Origin: Anaeramoeba ignava BMAN
Taxonomy: Eukaryota; Protista; Anaeramoebae
DNA length: 64,000 nucleotides
Direction of reading: 5' to 3'
Assembly: GCA_028826165.1 (NCBI GenBank)
Contig: JAPDFW010000086.1
Coordinates: 62,001 to 126,000 of the forward strand
Shown here: positions 41,413 through 56,318 of the stretch, in pieces
Layout of the letters: every line of letters starts with the position of its first letter
Position numbering within the stretch: the stretch's first letter is position 1
Position numbers and translations under genes: made by a program
The notes under the pieces: generated by a model
What the model was told of the DNA's origin: nothing
Databases searched by the model: none
The model's input: only the letters and a program-made list of their open reading frames with translations

Positions 41413-44400
41413 TTAATTTTGATTTTGTTCATCTCCAATCTCTTCAAAATCATCATCTTCAAAAATATCAAAATCATCATTATAATCATCATCTTCTAAA
41501 ATAACTAAACCATCTTTATCATTAGTATCATGAGCTTCTAAAACAATTACATTATCTTTATTTAAATCATTTTGCAAATAATCTTTATAATCATCATCAT
41601 CATCATCTTTTAAATTGTCAAAATTATCTTCATTTTTTAAATTATCTTCAATTTTTAAATTATCTTGATTTTTTAAATTATCTTCAATTTTTAAATTATC
41701 TTCAATTTTTAAATTATCTTCAATTTTTAAATTATCTTCAATTTTTAAATTATCTTCATTTTTTAAATTATCTTCATTTTTTAAATTATCTTCAATTTTT
41801 AAATGTTCATTTTCTAAATCATCAGAATCTGATTCAAAATTCCGTTTTGAATTATAAAAAGCACTAACTAAACCATTTGGAGAAATTCCATGAGATAATA
41901 ATTGAGGTCGAAATAATTGTTTTAAATTCTGAAACTTATGTTTTAAATCAGAAGCTCTATAATTTGTAGAAGTTGGTTTAAGAAATTCTTTTTGATCAGG
42001 ATCTTGTGAAAAAGCATATCCAGTTAATCCTGGAACTAATCCTCTTGTTGATGAATAAAAAGGTAATTCTAAAGAACTTAAAGTAGAATCTTGTTTGTCA
42101 ATTTGTTTATCAGTTATATCATTATTATCCTTATTGTCTCCATCAATTTCTAATGAAAAGCTTGATCCTGATCTTGGGAATTGATTTTCTTGAAATTTAA
42201 TATTTTTTGATTTTTTTGGATTTTTTTGATTTTTTGGATTTTTGATTTTTGATTTTGATTTTTGTTTTTCTAAATCTGCTAATGATTTGAAATAAAATAC
42301 AACTTTGTTATAAAAAGTTGGGAAATAATTTTCTTGGATAAATTTTGTAAAAAAATCTGGAATCAAAGCAAGCATTGTTGTCACAATCAAAAGGAAATAA
42401 AAGGAAGGTGTTGAAAGAACACGAAAACCAACATAATATAATTTTGAAGAAAGCGTATTAGATAAACTGTATAAAATTTCACATATAAAAAGAAGAAGCA
42501 AAGAACCCCAATAAACAATATGATGAATTTTAGTCCAAGTGACTGTTTCTATTACCAGTTTGAAACTAACTGTAAAAACAACAACAAAAGCAGTTACTTC
42601 TCCTTGAACAGCAATTCCAGTTGATAATCCATCTTGTTTAGTTGAAACTTGCGATGAAAAACCATAAAAAACCATAAGTGATATTATTGCTGAATGATAA
42701 ATTGCATCAAAAACCCAAATCATAAAAGTTCTAATATTAAAACCCTGATTTTTTTGTCCATATTCATAAAGTCGTGGGAATTTCAATGATTCTTTTGCTG
42801 GTAAATCTTGTTCTAAAATGGCAACAACAATGATTTGTAATGCTGTGAAAAATGTATTATAAACTGCTATCATCCAAGAGTCAAATAAACTGACTCCTGA
42901 AAATCCTGAATATAAACCATACCAAAAATGGCATAATGCAAATACTAAATTTTTGTAAAATGAATAAAGAATTAACTTTGAAATTCTTTTATAATTCCAT
43001 CTTCCATGAATTAATAGAAGGCTATTTTTTTTAATTTTAATTTTGATTTTGATTTTGATTTTAATTTTAATTTAAATTTTAATTTTAATTTTAAATTGAA
43101 TTTTAATTTTAAATTTTAATTGATTTTGATTTTTGGATTACCGTTTTAAAAATCTAAATTTTGCTATTGCATAATCACTTGCCATTACAGCATGCATACC
43201 TTCTTTTCCACTAATTCCAACACCAACATTTGCAGCTAATTTATATATATTTATTTATTTATATTTATATATTTATTTATTTTTTAATTAGATAAATAGA
43301 AATAAATTGAAATATAAATATTATCTTTCTAAATTTACATTGAAGCATGCTAACATCATTGGCTCCATCACCAATAGCTAAAGTAACTGCATCAAGTTCT
43401 TCACGAATCAAATTCACTAATAACGCTTTCTGAAGAGGAGCACATCTTGCAGCAATAAGTGAACAACATGATTTTGTTAATTCTGCAAATAAATATTTCA
43501 TTTCTAAAGATTCTGTAATATAATGAATAGCTGTTCCATCCAAAACAATTGCAACTTCAGAAATATTTGCAACTTCCTCAATTTTGACTTTTGCTTTGTG
43601 AAGAGCAATATAAATTTCTGAAGAATCCTTCCCATTTATTGTGACAATTTCTGTATTTGAATTCAATAGCCTGCATGAAAACCCAATATTGATTGCAGTT
43701 TCTTGTTTGTCGCCTGTTAACATCCAAACTTTGATATTCGCAGCAAAAAAAGTTTCAATTGTTTCTGGAACACCTTTTGATAATTTGTCCTCAATCGCTG
43801 TTGCTCCAAGTAAAATCAAGTCCTTCTCAATTAATTCAGCAACAGCTTCAAGTTTTTCTTCTCTTTTTTGCAAGGCAACAGATGCCTTATAATGGAAACG
43901 GTTCCATTTCTGATAAACTGATAAAGGAATGATTCGCATTGCACAACACAATGTCCTCAATCCTTCGGATGCAAATTCCTCTAATTGTTCAAGTGTTTTC
44001 TGTTTTAATTCCAGATTTTTTTCAAATTCTGTTTCTTTTTTCTTCAATCGAGGATAAACCACTGATTCGGCTCCTTTACAAAATAATATAATCTCGCCTG
44101 TTGGAGATGAGCAAATTATTGACATTCTTTTTCTTTTGCTTGTGAAATCCAAAATATTCAATATTTTATAAATTTTCTTTTTGTTGTTGATCGATAAAGT
44201 GATATAATCAGTTTTTCTTTCTTGGAAAACATATCCACAATGTTTTGCTGCTTCAATCAATGCAATTTCATCTGGAGATGAAGCTCTGTAAATGATCTCA
44301 TCAGAACCCTCGTTTTTTTCTGGTATTGCTGTGTGGCATAATGATAAAACAAGCAAAAAATTATGGATGTATTTCTTGATTTCGGAATTTTTCAAATCGT

Positions 44401-46954
44401 GGATAAGTTGGGTATTATCAAAATTTACATGAGACAATTTGGGTTTTAAAGGGATTGATTCCATCTCAATTTCATCTTTATCTTGTTTTGTGGGTTTTTC
44501 ATTAGGAACAACATCTTGATTTTCATTTGCGTTTTGAGGATCTGTAAGATAAACAATATTGCTTTGATCTTTTTCTTGGAAATTCAAATTGTCATCATTT
44601 TTATAAGAATTATTTTCTTCTTCTTGTTGATTATTATTATTGTTATTATTATTATTATTGTTATTGTTATTGTTATTCATATTTATATCCGTATTTTTTA
44701 TTTCTTCTTGATCTGAATCAAAAGTATTTCCATAAATATTTGCTCCAATACTACATTTTCTAAAAGTCATTAAATTTTCTGTGAGAGTCCCAGTTTTATC
44801 AGTGAAAATATATTCAATTTGTCCTAAAGTTTCATTTAAATTTGATGTTCTTGCTAAAGCTGGTGTTTTTGTTTCAGGATCATAAATTTTAGTATCATTT
44901 TCAATGAAAAATGCCTGAATAACTTTAACCATTTCTATTGTGACATATAAAGATAATGGGATCATTGTGTTAAATAAAATTAAAAAGGCAAAGAATGCTA
45001 AAGCACCACTAGCTAATGGTGAATCAACAATTTCTAAATAAAGAGCTTTATTTTTATTTTTGGAAACCCAAACAAATGATAAAATTGACATGATTCCACA
45101 AAGAAGCATTTGGATTGTAAAAATTCCAAGAACATAAGTATTAACTTTTTTATCGATTGTTGATAATTTTGAAGGAGGAGACCTTTTTTTAATATAAATA
45201 TTTGAATAATTTTAATTTAAATATTTTAATAATTTTAATTTAAATATTTATATAAATTTAATTTAAATATTTATCTACATGGAATTCATAGATAATTTTG
45301 TATCTCGACCTGTATAAATCACAATTCCATAAATATATGAAGTATTTCTTAATTGAGAACCTCTCAAAACTAACTGTTTCAAAGATAAAGGAAGAGTTTT
45401 ATCAGCAATTGTTAAAGTTCCATCAAATTTATGCAATCTTGTTGAAGGTGAATCACATTCAACAAGTAAATCAAGTTGAGTTAATTCTGATGCTGTTTTA
45501 TACTCTGCCGTTTCTGGAAGTGCTTGTCTAATTTTGAGACTTGTTTCGCCATCCAAATTACAAGTTTCAATATAACAATTTCCTTGAGGAAGACTTGAGG
45601 TTAATAATATTAAATCGGCAGGAATTTCCGATTCATTCTCAATTTTAACAATATCTCCAACTGCAATATCCTGCCATTGCAATTGCATTAATAACTCCTC
45701 TTTTGATTGAGAATCATTCCGCGAAACATTTGTGTCCAAAACTTTGCTATTTGTTGCATTTTTTTGGGAATTAACTATTTCATCAAGCTCAATTTCATCA
45801 ACTGAATATTCATTTTCATCACTTAAATCATCAGTGTTTTTTTGGGCGTTTTGGTTCTTATTATTCTTTGCTTTATTGATATCCGCCTTTATATAATTGA
45901 TTCCCTTTTTGGATTTTTTATTTGCTTGATCGATATCAAATTTGCCTCGAATTGCAGAAACAATTTGATGGTTAATTTTTTTATCCAATTTTTTCCTTCT
46001 GTGATCCTCAACAGCCTCACGAATTGCAGTAATAGTAAGTACAACAACAAGCGGCAAGATGCCTGTGTATTTGCCTGTTGGGGATAGAGCTGAAAAAGTT
46101 TGCAAAATTGCAATGACAAGAAAATAAAAATTGCAAAGTCGACGAAATTGTTCAAATAAATTTCGAGGAAGAAAAGTTAAAAATGTGTATTTATGCGTCT
46201 TGATTTCATTAAGAGGATATTTTGAAATATTTTCGGAATAATTATGCTGTTTATTGTTTTGCTTGACAATTCTAGAATCCTCTTGTTTCCCAATTTCCTC
46301 TGTAAATGAACTATTAAAACTTGGTCGATCATTTAAACTTTTCATTTGAACTGAATTTGTTTTTTGAGTTTGTGTTTGTTTTTCCAAAAATTCAAGAAAC
46401 TCCAAATCAAAAGAGAGATCTTCATTTTCTACTTGATTTTCTTTTGAATTTAACCCAAAGTGAACTTGATCCAAATTTTTTGATTCATTTAAAAAATTTT
46501 CATTTGAATCAACTCTTAATGATTTATTTCGTTTTCGTCGTATATGTCCATTTGAACTTAGTAATTCCCCACTATATGTTTTATGTAGTTTAGTTGTGCT
46601 TGTTTTATCTTCCTCTTTCTTGGGTTTTTTTTTCTTATTTTCATTATTTACATTTAAATTTTTATTTAAATTTTTATTTGAATTATTATTTGAATTTTTA
46701 TTTATATTTTTATTTGAATTATTATTTGTATTTTTATTTGAATTTTTATTTGAATTTTTATTTGAATTTTTATTTATATTTTTATTTATATTTTTATTTG
46801 AATTATTATTTAAATTATTATTTAAATTTTTATTTGAATTTTTATTTGTATTTTTATTTGAATTATTATTTGTATTTTTATTTGTATTTTTATTTGAATT
46901 ATTATTTAAATTTTTATTTGTATTTTTATTTGAATTTTTATGATGATTTGACAT
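41413..46954 (-). CDS. P4-type phospholipid-translocating ATPase (flippase), 4 exons (46954-45279, 45182-43339, 43235-43142, 43021-41413)
   Basis: [70 protein letters not shown]. Introns restore frame. Confidence 0.95.
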
Positions 46955-47357
46955 AAATTTGAAATAAAACAAAAAAAGAAAAAAACAAAAAAAAATGAAA
47001 AAGAAAAAAATAAAAAAATGAAAAATTTTTTTTTGGGATCTTTTTATTTTCCATTTTATTTGCCATTTGATCAAACTAAAAATAATAAAAAAAAAAGAAA
47101 TTTACTCTTTTTTTATTTTTGAAATCTTTTTTTTTTTTTATTGAGTGGTTTTTTTTTATTATTTAAATCTTGTTTTATAAAGAATCCCTCCAAAAAAAAA
47201 AAAAGCAAATAAACCCAAAGAAAAATCAAAAGAGAAACTTGATCCAATTTAAATTTAAATTTAAATTTAAAAGGAAATTTAAAAAAAAGAAAGAAAAAAA
47301 AAAAACGGAAAAAGTGAATTAATTAATTATCGTTTCTTTTTTTTTTTTCTTTTTGAT

Positions 47358-50300
47358 TTAAACAGTTTTGATTAGAATTAATTGATCATTTAAAATAACT
47401 TCATTTCCATTATTAGGAACTAAAGTGAAAATTCGAGTGAAAAACAGTTTTACATTTAAACCTACAAATTGAAAAACACCATTAAATTTAACAATCACCA
47501 TTTCGTTTGAATTTGATTTAATAATATAATGTTTGATATTTTGAATATCAATTTCAGTTGAAGTTTTTGGAATAATTTGAAACATTTTTTGGATATCAGT
47601 TCCTTTTATTAAAATTGAATTTGAAGCATCTTTTGATATAATATTATGATGATAGTTTAACCATTCATTGTTTTGAAAATTTGGATCCAATGTTTGTTTC
47701 ATTTCTTGAGAAGTTTGAAGTGAAAAAGCTGAATTATCTTGATATTTGATTTTAAGATTTTCCCGATTTTGATCAAAATTTTGTGCAAAATTTAATACTA
47801 AATCTTTGATTGGTTCAATATATGAGAATTCTTCTTTGATTGAAATTGGTTCTTCATTTGAAATCATTGATGAATCTGTTAGTGATATTGTATCAAAAGA
47901 AATTGGTTGAGAATTTCCAATTTCTTCCATGTTGAAAAATTTCAAATTTGGGAAAATTCTTTGTATTTGTTGAATATGATCTCTATTTTCAGAAATTGGA
48001 TTTTCTAGTAAATTTAAATCGCTTAAATTGGTTAAATTTGATAAACTTTCAAATTGTCTTGAATCTTCAATTAAATTTCTTGCAAAGCTTAATGCAGTTA
48101 ATTTTGGAAATTGTTCTGTTGTTAATATATCGAATCCATTGAGTTTTTTAATGTTATTTTCTGAAAAATCAATAACTTCAACCTTTAATTATTAATTATT
48201 AATTTTTGATTTAATTTTTGATTTTTGATTTAATTTTAATTTTGAATTAATTTTTGAATTAATTTTTGAATTAATTTTTGAATTAATTTTTGAATTAATT
48301 TTTGAATTAATTTTTGATTTAATTTTTGATTTAATTTTAATTTTAATTTTTGATTTAATTTTTGATTTAATTTTTGATTTAATTTTAATTTTTGATTTTT
48401 GATTTAATTTTTGAATTAATTATTAATTTTTGATTTAATTTTAGATTTTTGATTTAATTTTAGATTTAATTTTAATTTTTGATTTAATTTTAATTTTTGA
48501 TTTAATTTTTGATTTAATTTTAATTTTTGATTTAATTTTAATTTTAATTTTTGATTTAATTTTTGATTTAATTTTAGATTTAATTTTTGATTTAATTTTT
48601 GATTTAATTTTAATTTTTGATTTAATTTTAATTTTTAATTTAATTTTTGATTTAATTTTTGATTTAATTTTAGATTTAATTTTTGATTTAATTTTAGATT
48701 TAATTTTTGATTTAATTTTTGATTTAATTTTTGATTTAATTTGATTTAATTTTTGATTTAATTTTTGATTTAATTTTTGATTTAATTTTTGATTTTAATT
48801 TTTGATTTAATTTTTGATTTAATTTTTGATTTAATTTTTGATTTAATTTTTAATTTAATTTTTAATTATTAATTTAATTTTTGATTTAATTTTTGATTTA
48901 ATTTTTAATTTTTGATTTAATTTTTGATTTAATTTTTGATTTAATTTTTGATTTAATTTTTGATTTAATTTTTGATTTAATTTTTGATTTAATTTTTGAT
49001 TTAATTTTTGATTTAATTTTTGATTTAATATTTAATTTTTAATTTAATTTTTGATTTAATTTTTGATTTAATTTTAATTTTTGATTTAATTTTTGATTTA
49101 ATTTTAATTTTAATTTTTGATTTAATTTTTGATTTAATTTTTGATTTAATTTTTGATTTAATTTTTGATTTAATTTTTGATTTAATATTAATTTTTGATT
49201 TAATTTTTGATTTAATTTTTAATTTTAATTTTAGAATTAATTTTTGATTTTAATTTTTGATTTAATTTTAATTCATTTCTAATTCATTTCTTCAAAATAT
49301 AAAGATATTGTTTGTACTTCAGGAAACTTCTTTTGAATAACACTGAAAATATCATGAGCAAAAGGAACATAATGAAAATTCCATCCTAATTGTTTTGCTG
49401 AAATTGTTTGTGATTGTGATTGTTGCATTTTTTCTTCTACATATTTTATAAAACCGGATAAATTTAAAAATTTTTTTGGCATATCAAATAAATTATTCAA
49501 CAAAGCGGAAATTGTTTGTTCTTCTAATTTTTTCTATATTTTTGTTTAGAATTAAAATTAAAATTAAAATTAATATTAAAATCAAAATTAAAATTAAAAT
49601 TAATATTAAATTAGAATTAAATTAGAATTAAAATTAGAATTAAAATTGAATTAAAATTAAAATTAAAAATTAAATTAAAATTAAAATTAAAATTAAAATT
49701 TAATTAAAATTAAAATTAAAATTTATTAAAATTAAAATTAAAATTAGAATTAAAATTAAATTTTAAAATCAAAATTAAAATTAAAATTAAAATTAGAATT
49801 AGAATTAAAATTAGAATTAAAATTTAAAATTAAAATTAGAATTTGAATTTGAATTAGAATTAAAATTAAAATTAGAATTAAAAATTAAAAAATTAAAATT
49901 AAAATTAAAATTAAAATTAAAATTAATATTAAAAATTAAAATTAGAATTAATAAAATTAAAATTAGAATTAGAATTAGAATTAGAATTAGAATTAGAATT
50001 AGAATTAGAATTAGATTATTAGAATTAGAATTAATAAAATTAAAATTAAAATTAAAATTAAAATTAAAATTAAAATTAAAATTTAATAGAAATTAAAATT
50101 AAAAATTAGAATTAAATTAAAAGAATTAGAATTAAAATTAGAATTAGAATTAAAATTAAAATTAGATTTAAAATTAAAAATTACATAATGATTTTTTTTT
50201 TGAAAAGGATAAGGTTTTTTATTTGGCATAAAATTATCATCATTTTCATTTCTTTTTCTTGTAAAAGTTCCACGAGGAGTAAAACCATCAGAAAATCTAT

Positions 50301-50463
50301 TACGAGGAGGATCTTGATCAAAATTTCCTCTTTGATAATTTCCACGATGATTAAAACCATTAGAAAATCTATTACCAGAAAAATATTGACCAGAATTTCT
50401 TCCTCTTTGATAATTTCCAGTAGAACGTGAAGGACGATAACTTCTTGAACGTTCAGTAAACAT
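47358..50463 (-). CDS. NXF1: mRNA export factor NXF1/TAP/Mex67-like, 3 exons (50463-50185, 49533-49318, 48182-47358)
   Basis: RG-rich N-terminus, LRR (VIDFSENNIKKL, IKLARNLI, LNLLENPI), NTF2-like domain (FDQNRENL..Y...AFSL, FFTRIFTLVP, ILNDQLIL). Confidence 0.72.
48190..49270. repeat. 12-bp minisatellite (ATTTTTGATTTA) in NXF1 intron 2
   Basis: Direct tandem periodicity. Confidence 0.85.
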
Positions 50464-50788
50464 TTTTAATTTCCAAAAAAAAGAAATGAAAAAAATGAAA
50501 AAAGGAAAAAAATGAAAAAATGAAAAATTTTGAATTAAAAGTCAATTTGTTTATTTGTTTTTTTTTTTTTTTGTTTTCCAATTTGTTTTTCAATTTGTTT
50601 TTGTTTTTAATGTTGTTTGTTTTTGTTTTTATTTTTGTTTTTATTTTTGTTTTTAATGTTGTTTTTAATGTTGTTTTTGTTTTTATTTTTGTTTTTATTT
50701 TTGTTTTTAATGTTGTTTTTGTTTTTGTTTTCAATTTTGTTTTTGTTTTTGTTTTTGTTTTTGTTTTTGTTTTTAAAATCAATTTATT

Positions 50789-53700
50789 TTAAATTGAACA
50801 TGTTCCATCTTTACATGTTGTAACAAATGGCGTTTCTATTCCACCAACTGTTCTTTGTTTATCATTTTCTTCTCCATTTTTTTTATCATTTTCTTGTTTT
50901 TCATTTAAATTTAATACTTGCATTTTTCTTGATTTATCTCGATAAACAGTTGCTCCTTTACATCCTAATTTCCACGCTTCTATAAATCCTTGTTTTATTT
51001 CTTCAAGAGTTGCTGAATTTGGATGATTTATTGTCTAAAAAATTTTTAAAAAAGAAAAATCGGAAAAAAATTTTTAATTTAAATTTTGATTATTGATTTA
51101 AATTTTGATTTTTGATTTTGATTTAAATTTTGATTTTGATTTTAATTTAAATTTTGATTTAAATTCTAATTTTGATTAAATTTTGATTAAATTCTAATTT
51201 TGATTTTAATTTTAATTTTAATTTTAATTTTAATTTTGATTTTGATTTAAATTTTGATTTAAATTTTGATTTTGATTTTAATTTTTGATTTTAATTTTAA
51301 TTTTAATTTTAATTTTAATTTAAATTCTAATTTTAATTTTAATTTTAATTTTGATTTTAAATTTAAATTTAATTTTAATTTTGATTTTGATTTTAATTTT
51401 AAATTTAATTTTAATTTTAATATTAATTTTGATTATTGATTTAAATTTTAATTTTTGATTTTAATTTTAATATTAATTTTGATTAAATTTTGATTAAATT
51501 CTAATTTTGATTAAATTTTTAAATTACTTTGGAAATTGCATTGTCACAATACTTTTGGAAAGTAGATTGCATTAAAATATGGTCTTTAGCAGAAATATCC
51601 ATTGCAGTTACAAAAACATCTTTAATATTTTGAGGAATTTCTGGAATATCCTTTAAAGAGCCTTTTTGGATAATCTTTTGCATCAATTCATCAGAATAAA
51701 CACCAGCTTCTTTGAGCCTTGAAACAAGAATATCATTTGTATAGCTTAATTCGACCTTTCCACCAAGAATATTTTTAATATTATAAGCTAAAGCAAAATA
51801 AGGTTCAATTCCACTTGAAACATTAAACAATAAAGAAATACTTCCTGTTGGAGGAACATTAGTAACAGCAGCATTTCGCATGAGTATCCCTTGAGATCTC
51901 CAGATTGAGTAATCATAATTGGGGAAAACCCCTTTTTCATGAGCTAGTTTTTCAGATGCTAAATGTGAATATTCTTGAATAAATTTCATCACTTCTTCAG
52001 CTAGATTTACCGCCTTCTCAGTGTTATATCCAATATTTAATTTATAAAGCATATCGGCAAACCCCATAACACCAAGTCCGATTCTTCTGTTGGATTGAAA
52101 TATCCGCTGCACATGCTCAACTGGGAACACAGTGAGGTCAATAACGTTATCGAGCATTCTGACAGCTAAATCAATAACTTCTTTTAATCTTTGATATTTG
52201 ATTTCTCCATTTATTACAAAATTCGATAAATTCAATGATCCGAGATTACAACAATCACCGTCGTGCAGGAATTGTTCTCCGCAAGGATTGCATGCTTCAA
52301 GTCTTCCGAGTCCAGGAAGGGGATTGGATTTGTTAACAAGATCTAAAAAGACACAACCTGGTTCACCATTTTTCCAACTATTTTCAATTATTTCATCAAA
52401 TATTTGATTTGCTGTTAAAGTAACAGGATTTATGTCAATTAGGTTGAAATTGTTATCTCTTTTGATTCTTCTTGGCTTGATTTTCTTTCCTTGCCATTCG
52501 CATACCCATGGTTTTTGTTCTTTAGAAATTACTTGTTCCATAAATTTATCTGTTAATCCAATTGAAATGTTGAAGTTTTTTAAATCTCCTTCTTTTGTTT
52601 TACAATTAATAAATTCTAGAACATCTGGATGATCAACAGAAAGAACAGCCATATTTGCACCATTTCTTCCATCTTGTTTTATAACACCGAAAGTACTATA
52701 AAATTTAAATTTAAATCAAAATTAAAATTAAATTAAAATCAAAATTAAAATTAAAATTAAAATCAAAATTAAAATCAAAATTAAAATTAAAATTAAAATT
52801 AAAATTTAAATCAAAATTAAAATTAATATTAAAATTAAAATTAAAATCAAAATCAAAATTAAAATCAAAAATTAAAATTAAAATTAATATTAAAATTAAA
52901 ATTAAAATCAAAATCAAAATCAAAATCAAAATTAAAATTAAAATTAAATCAAAAATCAAAATCAAAAATCAAAATCATTAAAATTAATATTAAAATTAAA
53001 ATTAAAATTAAAATTAAAATTAAAATTAAAATTAAAATTAAAATTAAAATTAAAATTAAAATTAAAATTAAAATTAAAATTAAAATTAAAATTAAAATTA
53101 AAATCAAAATCAAAAAATTAAAATTAAAATTAATATTAAAATTTAAAAAAAATTATTAAAATCAAAATTAAAATTAATATTAAAATCAAAATAAAATTAA
53201 AATTAAAATTAAAATTAAAATTAAAAAAATTAAAATTAAAATCAAAATTAAAATTATTAAAATCAAAATCAAAATCAAAATTAATATTAAAATTAAAATT
53301 AAAATAAAATCAAAAATTAATATTAAAATTAAAATTAATTTAAAATTAAAATTAAAATTAAAATCAAAAATTAAAATTAAAATTAATATTAAAATCAAAA
53401 TCAAAATTAATATTAAAATTAATATTTACGTATTATAAATATTCATAAAAGAAACAGGACCACTTGAATGATATAATTTAGTAGGAGTACCAGCAGGTCT
53501 TAATTTATGGAAAGGAAAACCAATTCCACAACCAGCTTGTTGTAAAATTGCAGCATCTCTCAAAGTAGAAAAAATAGATTCAAGACTATCATTCATATGC
53601 AAAACAACACAATTACTAATAATTTTAGAACCAGGAACACCAGTTGAAGCAAGTGTTCTCCCAGCAGGAATAAACTCAAAATGACTCATTACATTTGAAA

Positions 53701-53944
53701 ATTTGTTTTGAAATTCGAAAACTTGTTGATCTGTTTTGTCATAATTTTGTTCCACTTCTGCTAATCCTTTTGATACTCTTTGTATAAATTGTTCAGGTGT
53801 TTCCATTAGTTTGTTTTTGTATTTTCCTGTTCCTTTTCGTAAATATCTTTGTGCTAAAACTTGTAATCCATTTGCTGAAAATGGTAGATTTGTTGTCATT
53901 CCTTGAAGTATGATTTGTTGTTGTGCTAAATTTGCTATTGACAT
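50789..53944 (-). CDS. nrdJ: Class II (adenosylcobalamin-dependent) ribonucleotide reductase, 3 exons (53944-53430, 52695-51528, 51034-50789)
   Basis: FIPAGRTL, ISNCVV, RPAG, SSGPVSF, RNGANMAVLSVDHPDVLEFI, NFNISIG, NGEPG, NPCGEQ..CCNLGSLNL, PPTGSIS, ISKTIN, KGATVYRDKSR..QVL, terminal CKDGTC. No ATP cone. The layout matches recalled prokaryote-type dimeric NrdJ rather than eukaryotic RRM1. Confidence 0.85.
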
Positions 53945-54232
53945 TTTTTTATTTAGTTCGTTAAAAAAAATTTTAATTCAAAAGAAAAAGAAAAAGAAAA
54001 AAAATAAATTTTAATTTTAATTTTAATTTTAATTTTAATTTAATTTTAATTTTAACGGTTAAATTTTTTTTTTAACGAAATAAAAATAAAAAGAAAAAAA
54101 GATAAAAAGAAAAATTGTTTTAATTTGATTTGAAAAAAAAAATAAAAAAAAAAAAGTGGAATAATGAAAAAAGTGGAATAAAAAAAAAGTGAAATAATGA
54201 ATAATTGGAAAAAAATTAATTCATTTTCATTT

Positions 54233-56318
54233 TCATTTTAATTTTAATTGTTTTTTTTTATCAATAATTTCTCTTAAAGATCCAACAAGTGAAATATCCA
54301 TAGGAACAAAAGCAACAATATTATTAGCAGAATTAACTAATTTTCTTAAAGCTTCTAAATACTTAATAGAAAGGATATATTGAGTTGGATCAGCTCCATA
54401 ATCCTAAATATAAAATTAAAAATTAAATATTGAATAAAATATTGAATTGAATATTAAATTGAATATTAAATATTAAATATAATATTAAATATTGAATTAA
54501 ATATTAAATTAAATATTGAATATTGAATTTTAAATTAAATTAAATATTAAAATTAAAATTAAATATTAAATATTAAATTGAATATTAAATATTAAATATT
54601 GAATATTGGATTAAATTAAAAATTAAATATTGAATTAAATTTACAGAAAGTGCTTCTGAAATAATCCTTAAAGATTGTCCTTCTGCTTCAGCAATCAAAA
54701 TTTTAGAATCAGCTTCTCCTTTTGCTCTCAAAATTGCAACTTGTTGTGCACCTTTTGATAATGCAATTAATTTTTGACATTCTCCCTCAGCTTTTAAAAG
54801 AAAAAAAACAAAAGAGAAAAAAAGAAATTTTTAATATTTTTTGTTCCACTTTTTTTTTTTGCTTTTTTTTATTACCTTTTGTTTTTGAGCTTTCTCTTAT
54901 TCCATCTGCACTAATAATATTAGCTCTTCTAATTCTTTCTGCAGAAATTTGTGAATCCATTGCATTTTGTACATTACGAAATGGAATTATTTCTAAAATT
55001 TCAACTTGATTTAATTTGAAACCCCAATTAAGACAAACTTGTGAAACCTTTTGTTGAATTAAATTATTAATTTCTTCTCTTGAAGCAAGTGTATCATCCA
55101 AACCCTTTATAAAATTAAAATTTAAATTAAAATTAAAATTGAAATTAAAATTAAAATTAATATTAAAATTGATATTAAAATTAAAATTTAAAATTAAAAT
55201 TAGAATTAAATTTAAAATTAAAAATTAGAATTAAAATTAAAATTAAAATTAAAATTAAAATTAAAATTAGAATTAATATTAAAATTAAAATTAAAATTGA
55301 AATTAAATTTAATATTAAAATTAAAATTAAAATTAAAATTAAAATTAAAATTGATATTAAAATTAAAATTAAAATTAAAATTAAAATTAAAATTAAAATT
55401 AAAATTAAAATTAAAATTAAAATTAAAATTAAAATTAATATTAAAATTAAAATTAAAATTAAAATTAAATTTAAAATTAAAATTAAAATTAAAATTAAAA
55501 TTAAAATTAAAATTAAAATTAAAATTAAAATTAATATTAAATTTAAAATTAAAATAAAATTAATATTAAAATTAAAAAAATTAAAATAAAAAATTAAAAT
55601 TAAATTTAAAAAATTAAAATTTAAAATTAAAATTAAAATTAAAATTAAAATTAAAATTAAAATTAAAATTAAAATTAAAAATTAAAATTAAAATTAAAAT
55701 TAAAATTAAATTTAAAAATTAAAATTAAAATTAAAATTAATATTAAAATTAAAATTAAAATTAAAATTAAAATTAAATTTAAAATTAAATTAAAATTAAA
55801 ATTAAAATTAAAATTAATTTAAAATGATTCACCATTCCACCAATAACTGATCTCAAAGTAGTTTGAACGAATTTTTCAACGGCAAAAGACAAATCAACAA
55901 CTTCATAAACAACACGAATAGGATCAACAATCTGGTACAAAATCATTGCATCAACTTTAATTTGGACGTTATCACGAGTAATAATAGTTTGAAGAGGAAA
56001 ATTAAAAATGGATTCTCTCAAATCAATTCTTTTAATCCAAGATTGATGAATAGAAACTTGCTCTTCTTGATAACGGTCAACAAAAGAATCAGAAACTCTC
56101 CAAATTATTGATCTTGGTTTGTCTCGAAATGGTCGAAGAACATGTAATCCTGGTTGTAAAACTTCATGAAATTTCCCCCATCTTTCTACTATTACTCGTT
56201 CATTTTGTGATACAACTAAACAATTCTTACAACACATAATTAAACAAGTTAAAAGAAATAAAACAAGTATTCCCCCTATTGTAGCTATAATTGCAACATA
56301 AAAAGTATCAAATGCCAT
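54233..56318 (-). CDS. SPFH/band-7 (stomatin-like/QmcA-like) membrane protein, 4 exons (56318-55833, 55104-54876, 54790-54645, 54403-54233)
   Basis: N-terminal TM, IVERWGKFHEVLQPGLH, ITRDNVQIKVDA, TTLRSVIGGMGLDDTLASREEIN, QISAERIRRA..ADG, AEGE. Confidence 0.9.

Noticed and set aside
49279-49317. Intron start reading VQTISL, resembling an LRR strand (alternative exon?)
   Set aside because: It ends in a stop with no downstream donor; the GT at 49317 joins in frame to VEVIDFSENN.
50789-53944. Intein or group I/II intron in RNR
   Set aside because: The spliced protein is colinear with the RNR core; both insertions are simple-repeat GT-AG introns.
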